DNA from: a virus
Strand: one strand, 5' to 3'
Virus record (IMG/VR): IMGVR_UViG_3300022758_000133
Span: 1-5,049 of that record
Length of the DNA stretch: 5,049 nt
Position numbers and translations under genes: made by a program. Positions 1 through 3,913 of this stretch are shown one piece after another. The stretch's first letter is position 1. Every line of letters starts with the position of its first letter. The notes beneath the pieces are model-generated. The model was not told the DNA's origin, did not search any database, and saw only the letters and a list, made by a program, of their open reading frames with translations.

Positions 1-118
1 AGGACGCGATTTTGAAGATACTGGCGAAGCTTCGCCGCAACGTCTATCAGTTCGTGAACGCGTCCAAGAACTGAAAGCCGCTAAACTCAGGCGCGTTATG
101 GAAGAGAATCAATCATGA
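1..118 (+). CDS. VP4: VP4 replication initiator, C-terminal fragment; a duplicate of 4923-5040 caused by circular wrap-around.
   Basis: Reading from base 2 gives GRDFEDTGEASPQRLSVRERVQELKAAKLRRVMEENQS*, identical to the C-terminus of the 305-aa ORF at 4123-5040. The stop is TGA at 116-118. Confidence 0.9.
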   Translation, partial: GRDFEDTGEASPQRLSVRERVQELKAAKLRRVMEENQS

Positions 119-127
119 TCCTTAAGG
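1..127. repeat. Terminal direct repeat, copy 1; identical to 4923-5049. This is the wrap-around overlap of a circular 4922-nt genome.
   Basis: Base-by-base comparison shows 1-127 and 4923-5049 are identical over 127 nt. The repeat carries the VP4 C-terminus, its stop codon and the VP5 ATG. Confidence 0.97.
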
Positions 128-406
128 ATTTTTTCCGTTTTCGACTCTAAACTTCAGGTTTTTAATACGCCGTTCTTCAGCCGTTCTGCAGCTGATGCAT
201 CTCGGTCTTTCTCTGATCTCGTTCGTGATAGTCGTACCACTGTTGGTCAGCATCCCGATGATTTCTTTCTTTATGAGATTGGTCAGTACTCTGATGAGAC
301 TGGAGAGCTTGTAGCTTCTGCCCCGACCCAGATTGCCGCTGCGACAGCTTTTGTATCTACGATTGAGGACCTCAAAGCGGCCGCGCCTGCTAAGTCTGAA
401 GTCTAA
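115..406 (+). CDS. VP5: VP5-like non-structural protein, frame-disrupted as sequenced. ATG 115 is in frame 1; the conserved body at 119-406 is in frame 2.
   Basis: Frame 2 (119-406) reads ..SVFDSKLQVFNTPFFSRSAADASRSFSDLVRDSRTTVGQHPDDFFLYEIGQYSDETGELVASAPTQIAAATAFVSTIEDLKAAAPAKSEV*. This matches the remembered gokushovirus VP5 pattern (VFD.K...F..PFF...A.R.F....HP(E/D)DF.LYEIG.(Y/F)D..TG) and has strong T3 codon bias. That frame contains no ATG, GTG or TTG at all. The only start is ATG 115-117, which overlaps the VP4 stop (ATGA) in frame 1 and terminates after 11 codons. Removing one T from the T6 run at 129-134 gives MILKDFSVFDSK..., a typical VP5 N-terminus. Confidence 0.75.
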
Positions 407-422
407 GTACAGACGCGGCCGC
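377..422. repeat. GC-only 9-bp inverted repeat (GCGGCCGCG / CGCGGCCGC) bracketing the VP5 stop codon.
   Basis: Positions 377-385 are the exact reverse complement of 414-422. The loop is 28 nt and contains an inner TCTG/CAGA helix (395-398 / 410-413). Each arm contains the octamer GCGGCCGC. Confidence 0.8.
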
Positions 423-443
423 AACACGGAGATTCTTCTAATC

Positions 444-471
444 AGTCCTTGCGTAGTGCGAGGACTTTTTT
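444..471 (+). terminator. Intrinsic-terminator-like hairpin between VP5 and VP3.
   Basis: AGTCCTTGCG (444-453) pairs with TGCGAGGACT (457-466): 10 bp including 2 G-T wobbles, with a 3-nt TAG loop. A T-run follows at 467-471, immediately upstream of the VP3 SD. Confidence 0.5.
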
Positions 472-484
472 ATATGGAGCTTAT

Positions 485-934
485 ATGAAGTTCAAAATTA
501 ATCACACAAACGCTACTGCTGAAGGCATTGTCTTTACTGAACCGTCGATGACTCAACAGCATTTCAAAGATGAGACGATGATTGATAACATTCTTCAGAA
601 ATATGCTGAGACAGGCTTTTTGACTGATCCTTTTACGCCGAAGCGCCCGATTCAGTTCGGTGACTTTTCTGACGTCACAGATTTTCAGACTGCTCAGAAT
701 GCTGTTGCTCGTGCCACAGAGTACTTTGAAAGTTTGCCATCGCGCATTCGCGCTTCTTTTAGTAACTCTCCTGCCGAATTTCTTCAGGCGCTCAATGACC
801 CTGAGCAGAGGAGTAAGTTTGAAGATCTGGGCTTTGTCGCTTCTGAAGAAGTTAAGTCTCCTGAGCCTTCTAAAGAGCCTCAGCCTGCTCCAGCGACTGA
901 GGTTAAACCGTCTGCTTCTGACAACAACGGGTAA
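485..934 (+). CDS. VP3: VP3 internal scaffolding protein (149 aa from ATG 485).
   Basis: The translation MKFKINHTNATAEGIVFTEPSMTQQHFKDETMIDNILQKYAETG...QFGDFSDVTDFQTAQNAVARATEYFESLPSRIRASFSNSPAEFLQAL matches the remembered gokushovirus VP3 signature (S.TQQ.FK.E.DIN.I...TG...GDF...D...A.N.....F..LP..IR..F.N.P..F). GGAG at 476-479 lies 5 nt upstream of ATG 485. The TTG at 449 reported in the ORF track has no SD and lies inside the terminator hairpin. Confidence 0.9.
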   Translation: MKFKINHTNATAEGIVFTEPSMTQQHFKDETMIDNILQKYAETGFLTDPFTPKRPIQFGDFSDVTDFQTAQNAVARATEYFESLPSRIRASFSNSPAEFLQALNDPEQRSKFEDLGFVASEEVKSPEPSKEPQPAPATEVKPSASDNNG

Positions 935-951
935 TTACTAATAACTCATAT

Positions 952-972
952 AAGGGATGGTTTCCATCCTTT
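952..972 (+). terminator. Small hairpin downstream of the VP3 stop.
   Basis: AAGGGATGG (952-960) pairs with CCATCCTTT (964-972) around a TTT loop, with one G-T wobble. T-rich sequence follows. Confidence 0.3.
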
Positions 973-984
973 CAAAATCCTTTC

Positions 985-1013
985 GATCGCCCGCTTGCGG
1001 CGATCTTTTTTTT
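985..1013 (+). terminator. Rho-independent-type terminator downstream of VP3.
   Basis: GATCGCC (985-991) pairs with GGCGATC (999-1005) around a 7-nt loop. An uninterrupted T8 run follows directly at 1006-1013. Confidence 0.65.
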
Positions 1014-1030
1014 CAGATATCTCAACGATT

Positions 1031-1100
1031 TGCGCACGGGTACACACCGGAACCAGTTACATACTTGATGTAACTGGTTCCGGTGACACCCCGGTGCGCG
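1031..1100. repeat. Large intergenic stem-loop with a perfect 18-bp inverted repeat core (1045-1062 / 1068-1085). Candidate replication origin or VP4 nick site.
   Basis: CACCGGAACCAGTTACAT (1045-1062) is the exact reverse complement of ATGTAACTGGTTCCGGTG (1068-1085). The loop is ACTTG (1063-1067). An imperfect outer helix adds GCGCAC (1032-1037) pairing with GTGCGC (1094-1099), and GG (1039-1040) pairing with CC (1091-1092). Confidence 0.85.
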
Positions 1101-1129
1101 TGCGGGTAACCAACGCACTGCTCGAATGT

Positions 1130-1157
1130 TTGCTTTCTCTTTGACTTGTGGTATATG
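1130..1157 (+). promoter_or_regulatory. Weak sigma70-like promoter candidate upstream of VP1.
   Basis: TTGCTT (1130-1135), a 16-nt spacer, then TGgTATATG (1149-1157), which has the form of an extended -10. A better -35 hexamer, TTGACT (1141-1146), has no properly spaced -10. The host is unknown, so the consensus may not apply. Confidence 0.25.
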
Positions 1158-1205
1158 CTTTGCCTTACGGTGATAAAGCTTTTAAGTCTTGTGTTTTAGA
1201 GCCGT

Positions 1206-1249
1206 AAGGCGGCTAGACGACGGGGTTCTCGGTCTAAGCCGCCTTTTTT
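1206..1249 (+). terminator. Strong terminator-like hairpin plus T6, 26 nt upstream of the VP1 ATG.
   Basis: GGCGGCTAGAC (1208-1218) pairs with GTCTAAGCCGCC (1232-1243): 11 bp with one bulged A at 1236. The loop has an inner helix, and T6 follows at 1244-1249. The left arm overlaps the right arm of a second 9-bp helix, GCCTTACGG (1162-1170) / CCGTAAGGC (1202-1210). Confidence 0.55.
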
Positions 1250-1275
1250 GTTATCTATAGCTATTGGATAGGTAC

Positions 1276-2940
1276 ATGTCTTCTGTTAATCGCGCTACAC
1301 AGCATCTTTTCTCGCAGGTTCCTTCGACTCAGATTCCTCGATCAGTCTTTGACCGTTCTCATGGATATAAGACGACTTTTGATTCTGGTTATCTTGTACC
1401 TTTTTATGTAGATGAAGTACTTCCTGGCGATAGCTTTAAGCTGACAGCTACTTTGTTTGCTCGTTTAGCTACGCCGATTGTCCCTTTTATGGACAATCTT
1501 TATTTGGAGACTTTCTTTTTCTTTGTTCCTAATCGACTTCTTTGGGACAACTGGCAGAAGTTCAATGGTGAGCAGAAGAACCCTACTGACTCTACAGACT
1601 TTTTGATTCCTACGGTTTCCGGCACGAATGTTCAGAATCAGACTCTTTGGGATTACTTTGGTCTTCCTACGAATGTGAATAAAGCGCTTGAAGTTAATGC
1701 GTTGCCTTTCCGCGCTTACAATTTGATTTTTAATGAGTGGTTTAGAGACGAGAATCTTCAGGAGTCTTTGAAAGTCCCGACTGGCGACGGTCCTGACAAT
1801 TTGTCTGACTACAACTTAGTTCGTCGTGGTAAGCGTCATGACTACTTCACGTCATGTTTGCCGTGGCCGCAAAAAGGTCCAGGTGTAGAAATTTCGCTTG
1901 GTGGCTCTGCGAAGGTTAATGGCGACGTTACTTTGGCGGCTCAGTACGGTTCGTATCATGTTGATAATGGCATTGGTTCTGTTGCCAATTGGTCTAACTC
2001 TTATCCTGTTGCTTTTACTGATTCTGTCAATTTAGGTTCGAAGGATCAGAAATGGCCGCAAGTTTCTAAAACCATTCCTTTGAGTATTACTGCAACTAAT
2101 CCTTCAGATCCAGGAGGAATTTCTTTTTATGCTGGTCGTGGTTTAGTTTTAGCTAACAATTTGTCCGCTGATTTGTCTGGTGCTACTCCGATTTCAATCA
2201 ATGATCTTCGTCAAGCTTTCCAGATCCAGAAGCTCTATGAGCGTGACGCACGCGGCGGTACGCGATACACAGAGATCTTGCGTTCTCACTTTGGCGTAAT
2301 TTCTCCTGACGCTCGCTTGCAACGACCTGAATATCTTGGCGGATCTTCTGCTCGAATTTCGATCAATCCTGTCCAACAGACTTCTGCATCGAGCGATGTG
2401 ACTCCCCAGGGAAATCTTGCAGCTTATGGTGTAGTCTCAGACAGTTTCCATGGTTTCTCGAAGTCTTTTGTTGAGCATGGCTACGTCTTCGGCTTTGTGA
2501 ATGTTCGTGCTGATTTGACTTATCAGCAAGGCCTTAATAGGATGTGGTCGCGCCAAGGCCGCTTCGATTTTTATTGGCCTGTGCTCGCGCATCTTGGCGA
2601 ACAAGCTGTTCTCAATAAAGAGATTTACGCTCAAGGCACTGCTGACGACGATGATGTTTTTGGTTATCAAGAACGTTATGCAGAATATCGTTATTATCCT
2701 GGCCAAATTACAGGTAAGTTCCGTTCGACCGATCCTCAACCTTTGGATTCTTGGCATTTAGCGCAGAAGTTCAGCTCTTTGCCAACGCTTTCTTTTCAAT
2801 TCATTCAAGATAATCCGCCCGTCGATCGCGTAGTTGCCGTTAAGGATGAGCCGCAGTTTTTGTTTGACTCGTATATTCGTTTGAAGTGTGCTCGTCCGAT
2901 GCCTGTGTATTCAGTGCCTGGTTTAGTTGATCATTTTTAA
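1276..2940 (+). CDS. VP1: VP1 major capsid protein (554 aa from ATG 1276).
   Basis: The N-terminus MSSVNRATQHLFSQVPSTQIPRSVFDRSHGYKTTFDSGYLVPFYVDEVLPGDSFKL, and later ...INDLRQAFQIQKLYERDARGGTRYTEILRSHFGV..., are hallmark gokushovirus VP1 (F-like capsid) blocks as I remember them. The frame is long, intact and T3-biased. The ORF track starts at TTG 1264; ATG 1276 is the more likely start. Confidence 0.95.
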   Translation: MSSVNRATQHLFSQVPSTQIPRSVFDRSHGYKTTFDSGYLVPFYVDEVLPGDSFKLTATLFARLATPIVPFMDNLYLETFFFFVPNRLLWDNWQKFNGEQKNPTDSTDFLIPTVSGTNVQNQTLWDYFGLPTNVNKALEVNALPFRAYNLIFNEWFRDENLQESLKVPTGDGPDNLSDYNLVRRGKRHDYFTSCLPWPQKGPGVEISLGGSAKVNGDVTLAAQYGSYHVDNGIGSVANWSNSYPVAFTDSVNLGSKDQKWPQVSKTIPLSITATNPSDPGGISFYAGRGLVLANNLSADLSGATPISINDLRQAFQIQKLYERDARGGTRYTEILRSHFGVISPDARLQRPEYLGGSSARISINPVQQTSASSDVTPQGNLAAYGVVSDSFHGFSKSFVEHGYVFGFVNVRADLTYQQGLNRMWSRQGRFDFYWPVLAHLGEQAVLNKEIYAQGTADDDDVFGYQERYAEYRYYPGQITGKFRSTDPQPLDSWHLAQKFSSLPTLSFQFIQDNPPVDRVVAVKDEPQFLFDSYIRLKCARPMPVYSVPGLVDHF

Positions 2941-2949
2941 GGAGTTGCT

Positions 2950-3012
2950 ATGGCTTTAGTTATTTGGCTTGCTGTTGTTAGTACTGTTGTTATCTTTGCT
3001 TTAGGACAGTGA
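2950..3012 (+). CDS. 20-aa hydrophobic mini-ORF (MALVIWLAVVSTVVIFALGQ); putative single-pass membrane peptide or coupling leader ORF.
   Basis: A consensus SD, AAGGAG (2939-2944), overlaps the VP1 stop and lies 5 nt upstream of ATG 2950. The peptide has no charged residue. 13 of 20 codons end in T, as in the bona fide genes. The stop TGA 3010-3012 is 1 nt before the VP2 ATG at 3014. It falls below the ORF-track length cutoff. Confidence 0.45.
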   Translation: MALVIWLAVVSTVVIFALGQ

Positions 3013-3013
3013 T

Positions 3014-3616
3014 ATGGGTTTTGCTTTGTCAGAAGCAATTGGCGGAATCGCTAATTTAGGTAGTTCTGCTACATCAGCTTATTTTAGTTGGAAGCATCAG
3101 AAAGAAGCGATGCGGAATCGTCATCAGTGGGGAAGTTGAAGATCTTCGCAAAGCAGGTCTTAAATCCAATTCTTTCGTCTGGCGGTCAAGGTGCTTCAGG
3201 CAACGCTCCGATCATTGAGCCGGTTGACGTTGCTGGTGCTATGCATTCTGGTGCTGATACAGAGCTTAAGAAAGCTCAGGCTAAGCAGGTTGAAGTTCAG
3301 AATTCTGCTTTGGCTGCGGATACTGAGCTTAAGAAAGCTCAGACTGAAGTTGCTAAAGAAGCTTCAACACTCACTTATGCGCAAGCTGTTGGCCAAGGCT
3401 GGCAGAATCGCATATATGATGAGACTTTGAAGCAAGCTCAGAATGCTACTGAAAATTTCTGCTTTGGCTACTGAGCGAAATAAGATGGTTTTTGACTATA
3501 TGAAGCAGAATCCTACTGCTTGGAAAGCAGGTCAGTTTATGCAATTGCTTAATCCTTTTGGTACTGCTGCGCCTGTAGTCAATTCTGCTGTTGGCGCTGC
3601 GAGGCTGGCTAAGTGA
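3014..3616 (+). CDS. VP2: VP2 DNA pilot/minor capsid protein, split as sequenced into four segments over three frames (about 199 aa when reconstructed).
   Basis: Segment a, 3014-3130, frame 2: MGFALSEAIGGIANLGSSATSAYFSWKHQKEAMRNRHQW (in-frame stop at 3137). Segment b, 3132-3161, frame 0: EVEDLRKAGL. Segment c, 3163 to about 3453, frame 1: NPILSSGGQGASGNAP...LKQAQNATE; this is the body of the 128-aa track ORF 3088-3474. Segment d, 3455-3616, frame 2: ISALATERNKMVFDYMKQNPTAWKAGQFMQLLNPFGTAAPVVNSAVGAARLAK*. Joined, a-b-c recreate the remembered VP2 motif ..E.M.N..HQ.EVEDL.KAGLNPIL... The T3 codon bias switches frame at exactly these junctions. For example, 3132-3161 has 5 of 10 T3 codons in frame 0 and 0 of 10 in frame 1. 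Confidence 0.8.
3256..3342 (+). repeat. Internal direct repeat in VP2: a 24-nt unit present twice, 63 nt (21 codons) apart.
   Basis: GATACAGAGCTTAAGAAAGCTCAG (3256-3279) versus GATACTGAGCTTAAGAAAGCTCAG (3319-3342), with 1 mismatch. Both encode DTELKKAQ. Confidence 0.85.
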
Positions 3617-3711
3617 TAGATACGATCTTAAAGTTCGTTAATGTTTTGCTGAATTCCGGTTCAGCGATTTGGGAAGCCTTTAAGGCTGTTAAGAAGTTTT
3701 TTAAAAATTGA
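3613..3711 (+). CDS. 32-aa small ORF (GTG start), amphipathic and basic at the C-terminus; hypothetical.
   Basis: It reads (M)IDTILKFVNVLLNSGSAIWEAFKAVKKFFKN*. GTG 3613 overlaps the VP2 stop (GTGA), with GAGG at 3601-3604 lying 8 nt upstream. Its stop, TGA 3709-3711, overlaps the SD of ORF8. 13 of 32 codons end in T. It fills an otherwise unexplained 100-nt gap. Confidence 0.3.
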   Translation: MIDTILKFVNVLLNSGSAIWEAFKAVKKFFKN

Positions 3712-3718
3712 GGTTCAT

Positions 3719-3838
3719 ATGCGTAAACGTCATAAGCTTTCTCGTAAGGCGTCTAAGAAGATTTTTCGTAAAGGCGCTTCTCGTATTAAGACTTTGAATA
3801 TACGCGCTACGCCTATGCGCGGCGGTTTTCGCATTTAA
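3719..3838 (+). CDS. ORF8: ORF8-like small, highly basic DNA-binding/packaging protein (39 aa).
   Basis: MRKRHKLSRKASKKIFRKGASRIKTLNIRATPMRGGFRI* is Arg/Lys-rich and has the C-terminal MRGG.R motif I recall from gokushovirus ORF8 (a J-like protein). GAGG at 3710-3713 lies 5 nt upstream of the ATG. Confidence 0.85.
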   Translation: MRKRHKLSRKASKKIFRKGASRIKTLNIRATPMRGGFRI

Positions 3839-3913
3839 GCGTTAACCCTTGTTACATGCCGCGGTCGTCATAGTTATCATTTTGAACATCTCAATTTCAT
3901 TTGGAACTTCGCT

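Noticed and set aside
122-427. 101-aa minus-strand ORF from the ORF track.
   Set aside because: It is the antisense of the VP5-like coding region and is Arg/Leu-rich and low in complexity. Microviridae transcribe only one strand, and the + strand frame here has clear homology and codon bias.
449-484. The upstream TTG start for VP3 (449), and likewise TTG 1264 for VP1, as given by the ORF track.
   Set aside because: ATG 485 has a GGAG at the correct spacing, and the 449-484 extension lies within the terminator hairpin. For VP1, ATG 1276 gives the canonical N-terminus. The extensions add non-conserved residues.
660-941. 93-aa GTG-initiated ORF in the +1 frame inside VP3; considered as a possible overprinted lysis gene analogous to phiX174 E inside D.
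   Set aside because: The T bias at VP3 codon position 3 becomes position 2 in this frame. That automatically yields Leu/Phe/Val-rich, stop-poor sequence (LLRMLLLV.., SLLSLLKSLSLL). There is no SD, and the hydrophobic stretches are interrupted by Arg and Lys. It is worth a conservation check but is not supported by the sequence alone.
957-1073. 38-aa ATG ORF running through the intergenic region.
   Set aside because: The AAGGG abuts the ATG directly with no spacer. The ORF crosses two terminator hairpins and half of the 18-bp stem. Its T3 bias is weak, at about 29%.
1093-1099. GGTGCGC heptamer resembling the XerC-binding arm of bacterial dif; some gokushoviruses integrate via XerCD.
   Set aside because: No adjacent central region or XerD-arm-like sequence (TTATGTTAAAT) is present. 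The only TTATGTTA, near 4666, lies inside the VP4 catalytic-motif codons. No host flanks are visible.
1126-1173. 15-aa ORF MFAFSLTCGICFALR upstream of VP1; considered as a possible attenuation leader peptide.
   Set aside because: There is no SD and no run of regulatory codons. It overlaps the promoter-like element and is indistinguishable from chance.
2194-2757. Minus-strand ORFs at 2194-2376 and 2437-2757.
   Set aside because: Both lie inside VP1 in antisense. They have no SD and no recognisable motifs, and their openness is explained by the T-rich sense strand.
3191-3430. 79-aa ORF in frame 2 overlapping the VP2 middle segment.
   Set aside because: It shows the same compositional artefact (LRKLRLSRLK.. 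repeats mirror the VP2 internal repeat). It is not the frame carrying the T3 bias in this interval.
3088-3474. 128-aa track ORF treated as an independent gene starting at TTG 3088.
   Set aside because: Its first 25 or so codons (EASERSDAESSSVGKLKIFAKQV) lack T3 bias and overlap VP2 N-terminal coding in other frames. Only from about 3163 onward is this the coding frame. It is reinterpreted as the central segment of VP2.
3849-3880. Possible promoter (TTGTTA ... TATCAT) upstream of the 76-aa ORF and VP4.
   Set aside because: The spacer between the best hexamers is 20 nt. Alternatives with correct spacing match the consensus poorly.
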